Shown here: positions 1-9,385 of the stretch, piece by piece | Numbering within the stretch: position 1 is the stretch's first letter | Layout of the letters: the number at the start of each line of letters is the position of its first letter | NCBI GenBank assembly: GCA_964584165.1 | Contig: CAZOYW010000007.1 | Span: forward strand, 32,886-96,885 | Source of the DNA: an uncultured bacterium | Lineage (GTDB): Bacteria > Auribacterota > Erginobacteria > Erginobacterales > CAZKCI01 | Length of the DNA: 64,000 nt | Direction of reading: 5' to 3' | Program-made: the position numbers and the translations under genes | The notes under the pieces: generated by a model | Databases searched by the model: none | Seen by the model: the letters and a program-made list of their open reading frames with translations, nothing else | Told to the model about the DNA's origin: nothing

Positions 1-353
1 CGGCCGACCTTCGGGAACATCCTGGCCGCGGCCCGGAAGAAGATCGCCGACGCCCTGGTCAACTCCCGGGCGATCCGGATCGAGGGAGGCGTTTACCGGA
101 CAGGGGACGCCTTCGGCAAAAACGCCCGCGGGAGGGGGCGGGGGGGTGGAGGCCGGCGTTGGAAACCCGGCCCGCCGACCGGCCCCGGAGCGCCGGGACG
201 CTGAACCGGATCAATTCTGGGGACCGCGAGCAAATTTGGGGATGGGAAGATCGCTGCGGATTCCCGAGGTAGCTTGTCTCAAAAACAACCGCCCGAATCG
301 ATCGGGAAGATCGCGCGATCTTCCCGGGCGATTCGGGTCCAGGAGGGAGGAGC

Positions 354-713
354 ATGAAGATCGCCGTCACCGCGCAGGGGACGAACCTGGACGCGTTCGT
401 CGACCCCCGCTTTGGCCGTTGCCAGTTTTTCCTCTTCATAGACACCGACTCCTCGAGCGTGGAGGCGGTCGCCAACGAGTCCCGCTCGGCCGCGGGCGGT
501 GCGGGGATCCAGGCGGCCCAGTTCGTCGCCGGGAAAGGGGCGAAGGCCCTGATCACCGGCGCGGTCGGGCCGAACGCGGAGGCGGTCCTGAAGAAGGCCG
601 CCATCCCGGCCTACCGGGGCGCGGGGACGGTCCGCGCCGTGGTGGAGAAGTTCCAGGCCGGGAAGCTCCCGGCGATGGAAGCCGGCGGCCCCCCCGGCGG
701 GGGCGCGGAGTAG
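354..713 (+). CDS. NifB/NifX-family dinitrogenase FeMo-cofactor-binding domain protein (standalone, copy 1)
   Basis: 119-aa ORF MKIAVTAQG...FGRCQFFLFIDTD...GAGIQAAQFV, typical of the small NifX/NifB-C (DUF134-like) fold. GGAGGGAGG RBS about 8 nt upstream of the ATG. Confidence 0.75.
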   Translation: MKIAVTAQGTNLDAFVDPRFGRCQFFLFIDTDSSSVEAVANESRSAAGGAGIQAAQFVAGKGAKALITGAVGPNAEAVLKKAAIPAYRGAGTVRAVVEKFQAGKLPAMEAGGPPGGGAE

Positions 714-716
714 GCG

Positions 717-1742
717 ATGAGAATTTCGGACGCCGAGAAGCTCCTCCGCGCCGAGACCGCCCGGGTCGTCGGCTGCACGGAGCCGGCGGCGATCGCCTTC
801 GCCGTCCAGGCGGCGCGGCGGCAGCTTAAGGGGCCGATCGATCCCGCGACCGTCCGGCTGCGCCTCTCCGTCTCGCCCGAGGTGCGCCGCAACGCCTCGA
901 CCGCGGTCGTGCCGGGCATCGGGAGGCGCGGGGTGCGGGCGGCGGCCGCGGCCGGCCTCCTCTCCCGGGCCGAGGGCTTCAACCCCTTCGCGGGGCTGCG
1001 CCTCTCCCCCTCCCACCCCCTCCTCCGGCGGAGCGGCTGGCTCCTCGTCTCCACCGCCCGGAGGAGGGGGATCTTCATCCGGGCCGAGATCGCCACGCCC
1101 TCGGGACGGGCGGCGGCCGTCGTCGCCGGGCGCCACGACCGGGTCGTCTCCGTTTCCCGCGGCGGGGAGGCCGTCTTCCGGGCGGCGCGGCCGGACCTCC
1201 CGAGGTTGCGCGGGCTTGCCGAGATCGCCGGGATCGCGCGGAGGCGCGACCCCCGGCTCGAATCCTTCGCCCGCGATTTCCTCCGACGCCAGGTCCGCGG
1301 CGACCCCTCGCGGGGTCTGGTCGACGAGCTCGCGGGCCTGGTCGTGGACCGGATGAACGGCCGTCCCCTCCCCGTCCTCACCTTCACCGGCTCGGGGAAC
1401 CAGGGGATGTTCCTCGGCGTCCCCCTGCGCGACCTCTACCGGCGGCGCGGGGAGGAGGCCCTCCCGGCCGTCGTCTTCTCCCTCCTCGCCCAGGTCCACC
1501 TTTGCCGCGTCCGCAAGAGGATCTCCGACGAGTGCGGACTGGCGGTGAAGGCCGCGCCGGCCCTCGCCGCCGGATTGGCCTATGCCCGGGGAAGGAGTCT
1601 CGCGGAGATCAAGCGAGTCATGGAGCGGGTCCGCCGGAGGCTGGAGAACATGGACTGCCGGGGCGCGCTCCCCTCCTGCGGGGGGAAGGCTGCCCATGCC
1701 CTGCGCGTAGCCGGAGAAGAGGCCGGGAAAAGAAAAATATGA
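717..1742 (+). CDS. L-cysteine desulfidase / serine-dehydratase-like family protein (UPF0597)
   Basis: 341 aa with the VGCTEPAAIAFAV motif characteristic of the SDH-alpha-like/CdsB family. Starts 4 nt after the upstream stop. Confidence 0.65.
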   Translation: MRISDAEKLLRAETARVVGCTEPAAIAFAVQAARRQLKGPIDPATVRLRLSVSPEVRRNASTAVVPGIGRRGVRAAAAAGLLSRAEGFNPFAGLRLSPSHPLLRRSGWLLVSTARRRGIFIRAEIATPSGRAAAVVAGRHDRVVSVSRGGEAVFRAARPDLPRLRGLAEIAGIARRRDPRLESFARDFLRRQVRGDPSRGLVDELAGLVVDRMNGRPLPVLTFTGSGNQGMFLGVPLRDLYRRRGEEALPAVVFSLLAQVHLCRVRKRISDECGLAVKAAPALAAGLAYARGRSLAEIKRVMERVRRRLENMDCRGALPSCGGKAAHALRVAGEEAGKRKI

Positions 1743-2257
1743 GCGAAACCGCAGAGACGCCGGTCGTCTACGCTCCGATCGGGGTGATCCGGAGCGAACA
1801 TCGCCTGGCCGAGGAGACGCCGATCCAGCCGGTCTGCGCCCGCGGCTGCCGCGGGCAAGCGGAGATCAAGCCAGAGTATGCCGAGGGGCTCAAGGACCTC
1901 GACGGTTTCTCCCACCTGATACTGATCTACCACCTGCACCGGGCGGGGCCTCCCCTCCTGACCGTCAAGCCGTTTACTGACAACCGGGAACGGGGGGTGT
2001 TTTCGACCCGTCACCCCCAGCGTCCCAATCCCGTCGGTTTCTCCGTGGTGCGACTGAAAAAGATCGCGGGAACGACGCTGCACCTGGAGGACGTAGACAT
2101 CCTGGACGGAACGCCTCTTCTCGACATCAAGCCCTATGTCCCTCGTTTCGATTCGGTCGATGGCCCGCGAGGAGGGTGGACCGAAGAGGTGGCCGAGGGA
2201 ACGGCTCGGTCTCGCGGACGGCGCGGTTATCGGGGCAATAATGCAGCCAAGGACTAG
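1739..2257 (+). CDS. tRNA (adenine37-N6)-methyltransferase TrmO/TsaA-like protein (YaeB family)
   Basis: Internal ATG at 1739 (ATGA overlap with the upstream gene). GVFSTRHPQRPNPVGFSVVRL and DGTPLLDIKPY motifs of the TsaA-like fold. Confidence 0.7.
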   Translation: MSETAETPVVYAPIGVIRSEHRLAEETPIQPVCARGCRGQAEIKPEYAEGLKDLDGFSHLILIYHLHRAGPPLLTVKPFTDNRERGVFSTRHPQRPNPVGFSVVRLKKIAGTTLHLEDVDILDGTPLLDIKPYVPRFDSVDGPRGGWTEEVAEGTARSRGRRGYRGNNAAKD

Positions 2258-2262
2258 GCCTC

Positions 2263-2571
2263 ATGAAAGAGGACAAGCTCAAGCAGATAGAATTAGCCCG
2301 AAGCATATTGGGATTGGGCGAAGAGGCGACGCTCGCCGAAATCCAAAAGACTTTCCGCCGACTCAGCTTGAGCCTTCATCCGGACCGCTGCCCGGAAAAG
2401 GACAAGAAGGCTTGCGAAGAGGAGTTCAAGAAGATCGGGTGGGCCAAGGCGGTCATCGCCCGCTACTGCGCGAACTACCGCTATTCCTTCCGCCCGGAGG
2501 ACATCCGGCGGAACACGGAGGAGGGCTTCGTCGAGGACCACCTCCGCCGCTTCTACGAAGGCTGGCTGTGA
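2263..2571 (+). CDS. J-domain (DnaJ-like) protein
   Basis: 102 aa with the HPD tripeptide in a J-domain context (LSLSLHPDRCPEKDKKACEEEFKKI). Confidence 0.65.
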   Translation: MKEDKLKQIELARSILGLGEEATLAEIQKTFRRLSLSLHPDRCPEKDKKACEEEFKKIGWAKAVIARYCANYRYSFRPEDIRRNTEEGFVEDHLRRFYEGWL

Positions 2572-3254
2572 GGCCCCCCGGACCGTTCGAGACCGGGGCG
2601 CGCGCGTATGACGGATGGTATGCGAGGCACCCGGTGGCCTACGCGGCGGAGCTGAAGGCCCTGCGCCTCGCGCTGCCCGCCTTCGCCCGCGGGTTGGAGG
2701 TCGGCGTGGGGACGGCCCGCTTCGCCTCGTCCCTGGGGCTGGGCTGGGGGATCGACCCGGCCCGGCCGATGCTCGAGATCGCCCGGGAGCGGGGCGTCCG
2801 AGCGGTCCAGGCTATGGGCGAGGACCTCCCCTTCGGGGAGGGGTCCTTCGACTGCGTCCTCATGGTCACGGCCCTCTGCTTCGTCCGCGATCCCTCCCGG
2901 GCTCTCGCCGAGGCGGGAAGAGTCCTTCGCGCCGGGGGGGCGCTGGCCCTGGGGATCGTCGACCCGGAAAGCCGGCTCGGGCGGGACTACCATCAGCGGG
3001 CGGCGGGGAGCGGCTTCTACGCCGGGGCTCGCTTCCTCGCCGTCCCCGCGGTCCTCGATCTCCTGGCCGGAGGCCCCTGGTCGCGGATCGGGATCCGGCA
3101 AACCCTCTTTCCGGACGGAGGGGAGGATCGGGAGCAGCCGGTCCGGGAAGGCCACGGCGAGGGCGCGTTCGTCGTGGTCTCCGCGCGCAAGAAAACCCGA
3201 CCGCCGCGAAGTCGCGGCGGCCAACAGCAAACCGAACAAGGAGGACTTGCATGA
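2568..3254 (+). CDS. class I SAM-dependent methyltransferase
   Basis: Motif-I-like LEVGVGTARF and DxxF...LxxGGxL post-I motifs. Start placed at GTG 2568 (GTGA overlap with the J-domain gene stop). The 2136 start in the ORF track overlaps the J-domain gene and is unlikely. Confidence 0.55.
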   Translation: MRPPGPFETGARAYDGWYARHPVAYAAELKALRLALPAFARGLEVGVGTARFASSLGLGWGIDPARPMLEIARERGVRAVQAMGEDLPFGEGSFDCVLMVTALCFVRDPSRALAEAGRVLRAGGALALGIVDPESRLGRDYHQRAAGSGFYAGARFLAVPAVLDLLAGGPWSRIGIRQTLFPDGGEDREQPVREGHGEGAFVVVSARKKTRPPRSRGGQQQTEQGGLA

Positions 3255-3625
3255 AAGTCGTCTTCACCGCCGATGGAACCGGCCTGTCGTCGCCCACCGA
3301 CCCCCGCTTCGGGCGCTGCGCCAACTTCGTCCTGGTCGACACCGATTCGCTGGCCGTCCAGTCCCACCCCAACCCCTCCCGCCAGGCCGCCGGCGGAGCG
3401 GGGATCCAGGCCGGCCAGTTCGTCGCCTCGCTCGGCGCCCAGGCGGTGGTCACCGGCCAGGTCGGCCCCAACGCGGCCCGTGTCCTCAAAGCGGCCGGGA
3501 TCCGGATCTTCGTCGGGGCCGCGGGCTCCGTCCAGGAGGCGCTCGATGCCTTCCGGGCCGGGAAGCTCTCCGAGGCCGACGCGGCCACGGTCGAAGCCCA
3601 CTCCGGGATGGGGGGAAAGCGGTGA
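3251..3625 (+). CDS. NifB/NifX-family FeMo-cofactor-binding domain protein (copy 2)
   Basis: 124 aa MKVVFTADG...FGRCANFVLVDTD...GAGIQAGQFVAS. Paralogous to the 354-713 ORF. ATGA overlap with the upstream methyltransferase; GGAGG RBS. Confidence 0.75.
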   Translation: MKVVFTADGTGLSSPTDPRFGRCANFVLVDTDSLAVQSHPNPSRQAAGGAGIQAGQFVASLGAQAVVTGQVGPNAARVLKAAGIRIFVGAAGSVQEALDAFRAGKLSEADAATVEAHSGMGGKR

Positions 3626-3747
3626 TCGTAGCCGTGGCCGGGAAGCCGGCGGTGGAGCTGGCCGACGCCGCGCTCGGAGAAAGGCTTGAGGAGACCTACC
3701 GGCGCATCCGCGGCCTCCTGGCCGGAAGCGAACGGGGGGGAGCGTGA
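3622..3747 (+). CDS. small hypothetical protein (41 aa), possibly translationally coupled
   Basis: Short ORF whose GTG start overlaps the upstream stop and whose stop overlaps the downstream GTG start (GTGA at both ends). No recognisable domain. Confidence 0.25.
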   Translation: MIVAVAGKPAVELADAALGERLEETYRRIRGLLAGSERGGA

Positions 3748-4484
3748 AAATCCTGGAGGAGATCATCGCCACGCTCGACCCGGCCGCCGCCGTCCGGGAG
3801 GCCTGCATCGGCCCTTTCGACACCGCGGTCTTAAGCGCGCGCTGGGGGATCTCCACGACCTTCCGCGACGACTGCGCCTCCGGGGGACCGGCCGGCGTCC
3901 GGGGCGCCGGAGAGCTCGTCGGCCGACCCGCCCTCGAGATCGCGCGCCTCGCCCTCTCCGACCGCCTCCTCGAGGCCTCCCTGGGGATGGCCGCGGTCAA
4001 CTCGCTCCTCGACCCCGGCCGGCTCGCCCTCCGCGAGGTCAACGCCTCCCGCCTCATCGCCGAGAAGGGTCGGGGGAAGAACGTCGCGGTGGTCGGCTGC
4101 TTCCCCTTCCTCGACTCCGTCCGCGGCGTGGCGAAAAACCTCTGGGTGGTGAGCCGCCCCCCGGGGGAGGGGAAGGAAGGGGTGAGGGAGGCGGAGCGCG
4201 TCCTCCCCCGCGCCGACGTCGTCGCGATCACCGCCTCCTCCTTCATCAACCACACCGCCGCCGACCTCCTCGCCCTCTGCCCGCGGGCCTACACGGTCGT
4301 CCTGGGGCCGACCACCCCCCTCTCCCCCGTCCTCTTCCGCCACGGCGCCGCCGCCCTCTGCGGGGCGGTCGTCGCCGATCCCGCCGCCGCCCTCGCCGGC
4401 GTCCGTGAGGGCGCGCCCTTCCGCTTCCTCGCCGGCGTCCGGCGGGTGACCGCGCTCGCGGAGGGACCGGAGGCGGCGGGGTGA
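3744..4484 (+). CDS. DUF364/DUF4213-type Rossmann-like protein (putative heavy-metal/cofactor-handling)
   Basis: 246 aa. Pattern of a conserved N-terminal small domain followed by a Rossmann-like core (NVAVVGCFPFL...VVAITASSFINHT). This family is commonly encoded next to NifX-like and Mrp/MinD genes. Confidence 0.55.
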   Translation: MKILEEIIATLDPAAAVREACIGPFDTAVLSARWGISTTFRDDCASGGPAGVRGAGELVGRPALEIARLALSDRLLEASLGMAAVNSLLDPGRLALREVNASRLIAEKGRGKNVAVVGCFPFLDSVRGVAKNLWVVSRPPGEGKEGVREAERVLPRADVVAITASSFINHTAADLLALCPRAYTVVLGPTTPLSPVLFRHGAAALCGAVVADPAAALAGVREGAPFRFLAGVRRVTALAEGPEAAG

Positions 4485-5872
4485 AACCGCGCCGGACACG
4501 GCCGCCGCCGGCGGGGATCGGCCCCGCCGCGGCCATCCTGGAGTCGATCTCCGACGGCGTCTTCACCGTCGATGCGGCCTGGCGGGTGACCTCCTTCAAC
4601 CGCGCGGCCGAGCGGATCACCGGGGTCCCCCGGAAAGAGGCGATCGGCCGCCCCTGCTCCGAGGTCTTCCGCTCCAGCATGTGCGAAACCGCCTGCGCCC
4701 TGCGCCGGACGCTGAAGACCGGCCGGCCGGTGATCGGGCAGACGGGTTACATCGTGACCGCGCGAGGGGAGAGGACCCCGATCAGCGTCTCGACCGCCCT
4801 CTTCCGCGACCGCTCCGGGCGGGTGATCGGGGGGGCGGAGACCTTCCGGGACCTGAGCGAGGTCGAGACCCTCCGCCGGGAGCTCAGCGGCCGCCGCCGG
4901 GTCGGCGAGCTCGCCTCCGGGAGCCCCCTGATGCGGAAGATCTTCGACCTCCTCCCCGCCGTCGCCGCCTCCCCCGCCACCGTGCTCATCCTCGGCGAGA
5001 CCGGGACCGGGAAGGAGCTGCTGGCCCGGGCGATCCACGACCTCTCCCCCCGCCGGGCGGGTCCCTTCGTCGCCCTCAACTGCGCCGCCCTCCCCGACAC
5101 CCTCCTCGAGTCGGAGCTCTTCGGCTACAAGGCGGGGGCTTTCACCGGAGCCGACCGGGACAAGCCGGGCCGCTTCGCCCTCGCCCGGGGGGGGACCATC
5201 TTCCTCGACGAGATCGCCGACGTCAGCCCCTCCCTCCAGGTCCGCCTTCTCCGCGTTCTCGAGGGAAAAACCTTCGAGCCGCTGGGTTCGGTCCGCCCCG
5301 AGGAGACCGACGCGCGGGTCGTCGCGGCCACCAACCGCGACCTCGAGGAGCGCGTCCGGACGGGCGGTTTCCGCCGCGACCTCTACTACCGCCTGAACGT
5401 CGTCCGCCTCTCCCTCCCCCCCCTGCGCCGGCGCAAGGAGGACGTCCCGCTCCTCGCCGCCGAGTTCATCGACCGCTTCAACCGCCTCCACCGCAAGTCC
5501 GTCGAAGGCCTCTCCCCGGAGGCGCTCGCCCTGCTGATGGCCCACGACTGGCCCGGCAACGTCCGGGAGCTCGAGAACGCGATCGAGCGGGCCTTCATCC
5601 TCTGCCCCGGGGGGACGATCGGGGTCGAGCACCTCCCGGAGGAGCTCACCGGGGCCGGGCGCCCGGAGCCGGACGGGATGCGGGGGGCCCGCGATCTCAT
5701 CGAGCGGCAGGCGATCCGCCGCGCCCTGGAGGAGAGCGCGGGAAACCGTCAGAAGGCGGCGCGGGCGCTCGGCCTCCACAAGAGCACCCTCTTCCGGAAG
5801 ATCGCCCGCCTCCAGATCGCCCTTCCCCCCCGCGACGGGCGCTCCCGCCCGGAAACGCGACAGTCGCCTTAA
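4481..5872 (+). CDS. sigma-54-dependent transcriptional activator with N-terminal PAS domain (NtrC family)
   Basis: PAS-like N-terminus. Walker [15 protein letters not shown] motif (YKAGAFTGA), ESELFGY, C-terminal Fis-type HTH ([20 protein letters not shown]). Confidence 0.9.
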   Translation: MKPRRTRPPPAGIGPAAAILESISDGVFTVDAAWRVTSFNRAAERITGVPRKEAIGRPCSEVFRSSMCETACALRRTLKTGRPVIGQTGYIVTARGERTPISVSTALFRDRSGRVIGGAETFRDLSEVETLRRELSGRRRVGELASGSPLMRKIFDLLPAVAASPATVLILGETGTGKELLARAIHDLSPRRAGPFVALNCAALPDTLLESELFGYKAGAFTGADRDKPGRFALARGGTIFLDEIADVSPSLQVRLLRVLEGKTFEPLGSVRPEETDARVVAATNRDLEERVRTGGFRRDLYYRLNVVRLSLPPLRRRKEDVPLLAAEFIDRFNRLHRKSVEGLSPEALALLMAHDWPGNVRELENAIERAFILCPGGTIGVEHLPEELTGAGRPEPDGMRGARDLIERQAIRRALEESAGNRQKAARALGLHKSTLFRKIARLQIALPPRDGRSRPETRQSP

Positions 5873-5997
5873 CGCTACCCCATCCGCCGCCAGTGTCGCG
5901 CATTTGCGACTCTATGCCCCGGGGCCGCGGGCGGGCGCAAAGTCCTTATCCCTTGGCGGCCAATTCGATGCAACCGGATGCTGCTCCCTGCTGTTTT

Positions 5998-6013
5998 TGG
6001 CATGCCGCTTGCT
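5998..6013 (+). promoter_or_regulatory. sigma-54 (-24/-12) promoter TGGCATGCCGCTTGCT
   Basis: Exact GG-N10-GC spacing with TGGCA and TTGC elements. Lies 50 bp upstream of the 6064 NifX-like gene and directly downstream of the sigma-54 activator gene. An imperfect palindrome GTCGCGCATTTGCGAC at 5895-5910 could be its upstream activator site. Confidence 0.6.
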
Positions 6014-6063
6014 AAAGTAATCATTCGGAATTCAATTGCAGTCATTGCGAGGAGGCGAACGAT

Positions 6064-6465
6064 GTGAAAGCGGCCTTCCCGGTCTGGAACGGGCGGATCG
6101 CCCCGGTCTTCGACGTCGCCCGCCGGCTGCGGGTGGCGGAGAAGGGCCCGGACGGGGTCCTCCGGGAGCGCGAGGAGGACCTCCCCGGCGCCGCGGACGG
6201 CAAGGCCGAGCGGCTGCGCGAGCTCGCCGTCGACGTGTTGGTCTGCGGCGCCATCTCCCGCCCCTTGCAGTTCGCGGTCGAGTCGCGCGGGGTGCGGGTG
6301 ATCCCCTTCGTGGCCGGCGACCAGGGCGAGATCGTCCGGGCCTGGTCGGAGGGGAGGCTCGCGCGCCCCCTCTTCGCGATGCCGGGCTGCCGCGGCTGGA
6401 GGCGGATGCGCGGGCGCGGCCGGTGCGGACGCGGATTCATGAACAACCCAACATTCGGGAGGTGA
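6064..6465 (+). CDS. NifB/NifX-family domain protein (copy 3) with Gly/Arg-rich C-terminal tail
   Basis: GTG start with GAGGAGG RBS. N-terminus MKAAFPVWNGRIAPVFDVARR...VLVCGAISRP...GVRVIPFVAG is typical of NifX-like proteins. C-terminal RGWRRMRGRGRCGRG low-complexity tail. Confidence 0.6.
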   Translation: MKAAFPVWNGRIAPVFDVARRLRVAEKGPDGVLREREEDLPGAADGKAERLRELAVDVLVCGAISRPLQFAVESRGVRVIPFVAGDQGEIVRAWSEGRLARPLFAMPGCRGWRRMRGRGRCGRGFMNNPTFGR

Positions 6466-6470
6466 CGGTC

Positions 6471-6659
6471 ATGCCGAGAGGAGACGGAACGGGACCGGCC
6501 GGGCAGGGACCCGGCACGGGACGCGGATTGGGCCCCTGCGGCGCGGGCGGTTCCGCGGGCCGCGGAACGGGACGCCGCCGGGGACGCGGAGGTGGAAAAG
6601 GCGACGGGAGAGGGCGCGGGGCGGGCGGGGGCCAGGGTCTCGGCCGCCGCCAGGCCTGA
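6471..6659 (+). CDS. DUF5320-family small protein (one unit), extremely Gly/Arg-rich
   Basis: MPRGDGTGPAGQGPGTGRGLGPCGAGG matches the N-terminal MP(R/G)xDGTGPxGxGPxTGRGxGxC signature of DUF5320. GGGAGG RBS. Confidence 0.5.
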   Translation: MPRGDGTGPAGQGPGTGRGLGPCGAGGSAGRGTGRRRGRGGGKGDGRGRGAGGGQGLGRRQA

Positions 6660-6679
6660 GCGGGCGAAGAGAGGATGAT

Positions 6680-7213
6680 ATGCCGAGAGGAGACGGAACG
6701 GGACCGCTGGGGACGGGGCCGATGACCGGGCGCGGGATGGGTTACTGCGCGCTCGCGTCCGACACCGCCCGACCGGGGATCCTCGAGGGGTTCGCCGGCG
6801 TGGCGGGCGCTCCCGTCAGCCTATCGGCCGCAACGAATAAGGAGGTGAGTCAGATGCCAGCAGGAAACGGAACCGGCCCCTGGGGAATGGGGCCGATGAC
6901 CGGGCGGGCCGCCGGGTTCTGCGCCGGTTACGGCGTGCCCGGCTACCTGAACCCCATGCCCGGGCGCGGCTTCGGCCTGGGCTTCGGGCGGGGGCGGGGA
7001 GGCGGAGGGAGAGGTCGGCGGAACATGTTCTACGCCACCGGATTGCCCGGCTGGGCGCGGTTCGGAGGGGCGGCTTATCCCGCCGCCTATCCCAAGCCCG
7101 ACCCGGAGTGGGAGAAGCAAGCACTCAAGAGCCAGGCGGAAGCCCTCCAGGCGGAGATGGAGGAGATCAAGAAGCGCCTGAGCGAGATCGAGGCCGCTCC
7201 CGAGGCCAAGTGA
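6680..7213 (+). CDS. DUF5320-family protein with two tandem signature units and C-terminal coiled coil
   Basis: MPRGDGTGPLGTGPMTGRGMGYC and MPAGNGTGPWGMGPMTGRAAGFC units. C-terminal amphipathic helix EWEKQALKSQAEALQAEMEEIKKRLSEIE, as in DUF5320. Confidence 0.6.
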   Translation: MPRGDGTGPLGTGPMTGRGMGYCALASDTARPGILEGFAGVAGAPVSLSAATNKEVSQMPAGNGTGPWGMGPMTGRAAGFCAGYGVPGYLNPMPGRGFGLGFGRGRGGGGRGRRNMFYATGLPGWARFGGAAYPAAYPKPDPEWEKQALKSQAEALQAEMEEIKKRLSEIEAAPEAK

Positions 7214-7286
7214 GAAACCCCAAGCCGCCCGGGATGGCCGGGAGCCGTCCCGGGCGGTTCCGCCCGGCCGCGGAAGCCCCCTCCCG

Positions 7287-8189
7287 ATGAAAACCGCTCT
7301 TCCATGCCTCCCCTGCCTGGTCCGCCAGGGACTGGAGGCGGCCGCTTTCGTCCTCAAGGACCCCGCCGATCGGGAACGGGCCCTCCGGGAGACGCTGCGC
7401 TCCCTCGCCAAGAGCGACCTCTCCCTCTCGCCGCCCGCACTGGCCCAGATCATCCACCGCCGGCTGCGCGCCGTCTCCGGGAGCAAAGACCCCTACCGGA
7501 AGGCTAAGACCCGCTCCAACCGCTTGGCCCTGGAACACCTGCCGTGGCTGCGGCGGCGCGTGGGAGAGACACGGGACCCGCTCGCTCTCGCGCTGCGCCT
7601 GGCGATCGCGGGAAACGTCATCGACCTCGGCGCCTTCGGCGACCTCCCGGACGCCGCGATCCTCCGGGAGATCGATCTCGCGGCAAACGGGCCCTTCTCC
7701 GGGGATATCGAGGCCTTCCGCCGGGCGGCGCGGGAGGCTCGATCGATCCTCTACCTAGCCGACAACGCGGGCGAGATCGTCTTCGACCGCCTCTTGATCG
7801 AGGCCCTCGGGCCGGGTCGGGTGACGGTGGCGGTGCGCGGCCATCCGGTGATCAACGACGCCACCCGCGACGACGCCCGGGAGGCCGGGCTGGAAGGAGA
7901 GGTCGAGCTGATCGACAACGGATCCGACGCCCCGGGCACGATCCTCGAAGACTGCAGCCCGGCCTTCCGGGAACGCTTCCGGGCGGCCGGGTTGATCGTC
8001 GCCAAGGGGCAGGGGAACGCGGAGACCCTCTCGGGCGTCCCGGGGAGAATCTTCTTCCTTTTCAAGGTGAAATGCGCTGTCATGGCCTCCCGCTTCGGTT
8101 TGGCGGAGGGAACGCTGGCCTTGGTCGCTTCGTCCCGCCCCGGGAGCGGACCTGGCGCCCAGCGGACCGCTGGCCGAGTCGAACCGTGA
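7287..8189 (+). CDS. DUF89 family protein (ARMT1-like damage-control phosphatase family)
   Basis: N-terminal MKTALPCLPCLVRQ signature of DUF89. 300 aa. Confidence 0.7.
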   Translation: MKTALPCLPCLVRQGLEAAAFVLKDPADRERALRETLRSLAKSDLSLSPPALAQIIHRRLRAVSGSKDPYRKAKTRSNRLALEHLPWLRRRVGETRDPLALALRLAIAGNVIDLGAFGDLPDAAILREIDLAANGPFSGDIEAFRRAAREARSILYLADNAGEIVFDRLLIEALGPGRVTVAVRGHPVINDATRDDAREAGLEGEVELIDNGSDAPGTILEDCSPAFRERFRAAGLIVAKGQGNAETLSGVPGRIFFLFKVKCAVMASRFGLAEGTLALVASSRPGSGPGAQRTAGRVEP

Positions 8190-8280
8190 ACCGCGGAACC
8201 GTTGAACCTATGGAAGAATGCATGAAAATCCTGCTCATCTTCAACCGCCCATCCTATGACGGCACGGATGTGACCCGGAA

Positions 8281-9129
8281 ATGAAGATAGCGGTCGCCAG
8301 CGGCAAGGGGGGGACGGGGAAGACCACGGTCGCCCTCAATTTGGCCCGGGCCGTGGCCGGTCCCGTCCAGCTCCTCGACTGTGACGTGGAGGAGCCGAAC
8401 TGCCACCTCTTCCTCCGGGGGGAGCTCCTCCGCCGGGAGACCGTCTCCATCCCCGTCCCCCGGGTCGACGAATCGCTCTGCGACTTCTGCAACGCCTGCG
8501 GGGAGTTCTGCCGCTTCCACGCGATCGTCGCGATCAAGTCCGCCCCGCTCGTCTTCGGCGAGCTCTGCCACGGCTGCGGCGGGTGCGCGCGGGTCTGCCC
8601 CCGAAAAGCCATCCGTGAGATCGACCGCCCGGTCGGCGCGGTGGAGACGCTCCGGGCCGGGCCGATCACGCTGATCCAGGGCCGACTCGACGTCGGCGCC
8701 CCCCTCTCCCCCCCGGTCATCCGGGCGGTCAAGGCGCGCCTCCGCGAGGGGACGCCGGCCATCCTGGACGCCCCCCCGGGGACCTCCTGCCCGGTGATCG
8801 CCGCGGTCCGCGGCGCCGACCTGGTCGTTCTCGTCACCGAGCCGACGCCCTTCGGCCTCCACGACCTCGCCCTGGCGGTGGAGGTGATGAAAGAGATCGG
8901 CCTCCCCTTCGGGGTCGTGGTCAACCGGATGGGGGCGGGAGACGACCGCGTCCACCGCTACTGCGCCGAGCGCCGCGTGCCCATAATCGCCGAGATCCCC
9001 GACGACCGGAGGATCGCCGAGGCCTACTCGCGGGGGGAGCTGATCGCGGACGCCCTCCCCGAGTACCGCTCCCTCTTCGATCGTCTCCTCCTCAATATCG
9101 AAAAATCGATCGCGAAGAAAGCGAGCTGA
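8281..9129 (+). CDS. MinD/CooC-type P-loop ATPase with inserted 2x[4Fe-4S] ferredoxin domain
   Basis: Deviant Walker A SGKGGTGKTT. Cys clusters CDFCNACGEFC and CHGCGGCARVCP. Confidence 0.8.
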   Translation: MKIAVASGKGGTGKTTVALNLARAVAGPVQLLDCDVEEPNCHLFLRGELLRRETVSIPVPRVDESLCDFCNACGEFCRFHAIVAIKSAPLVFGELCHGCGGCARVCPRKAIREIDRPVGAVETLRAGPITLIQGRLDVGAPLSPPVIRAVKARLREGTPAILDAPPGTSCPVIAAVRGADLVVLVTEPTPFGLHDLALAVEVMKEIGLPFGVVVNRMGAGDDRVHRYCAERRVPIIAEIPDDRRIAEAYSRGELIADALPEYRSLFDRLLLNIEKSIAKKAS

Positions 9130-9132
9130 TCC

Positions 9133-9384
9133 ATGCCGACCTACGAGTACGAGTGCGCGGGCTGCGGAAAGCGGTTCGAGCGGCGCCAGGCGATCACCGC
9201 GGCGCCGGTCGAGCTCTGCCCGGACTGCGGCGGGAAGGTCCGCCGCCTGATCAGCGGCGGGGCGGGCTTCATCCTCAAGGGCGGCGGCGGACGGTCGGGA
9301 AAGAACTGCTCGCTGGACGCGAACGGGCAGACCTGCTGCGGACGGTCCGAGCGCTGCGGACGGCCCGCCTGCGGGGAGCAATAG
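9133..9384 (+). CDS. FmdB-family zinc-ribbon protein
   Basis: [16 protein letters not shown]...CPDCGG signature. Confidence 0.65.
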   Translation: MPTYEYECAGCGKRFERRQAITAAPVELCPDCGGKVRRLISGGAGFILKGGGGRSGKNCSLDANGQTCCGRSERCGRPACGEQ

Positions 9385-9385
9385 C

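Noticed and set aside
2136-3254. Long form of the methyltransferase gene starting at 2136
   Set aside because: It would overlap the entire J-domain gene in another frame. The methyltransferase homology begins only after 2568.
6036-6659. 207-aa ORF spanning the NifX-like gene tail and the DUF5320 gene
   Set aside because: It is a different frame from the NifX-like gene. The recognisable DUF5320 signature begins at the internal ATG 6471, which has its own RBS.
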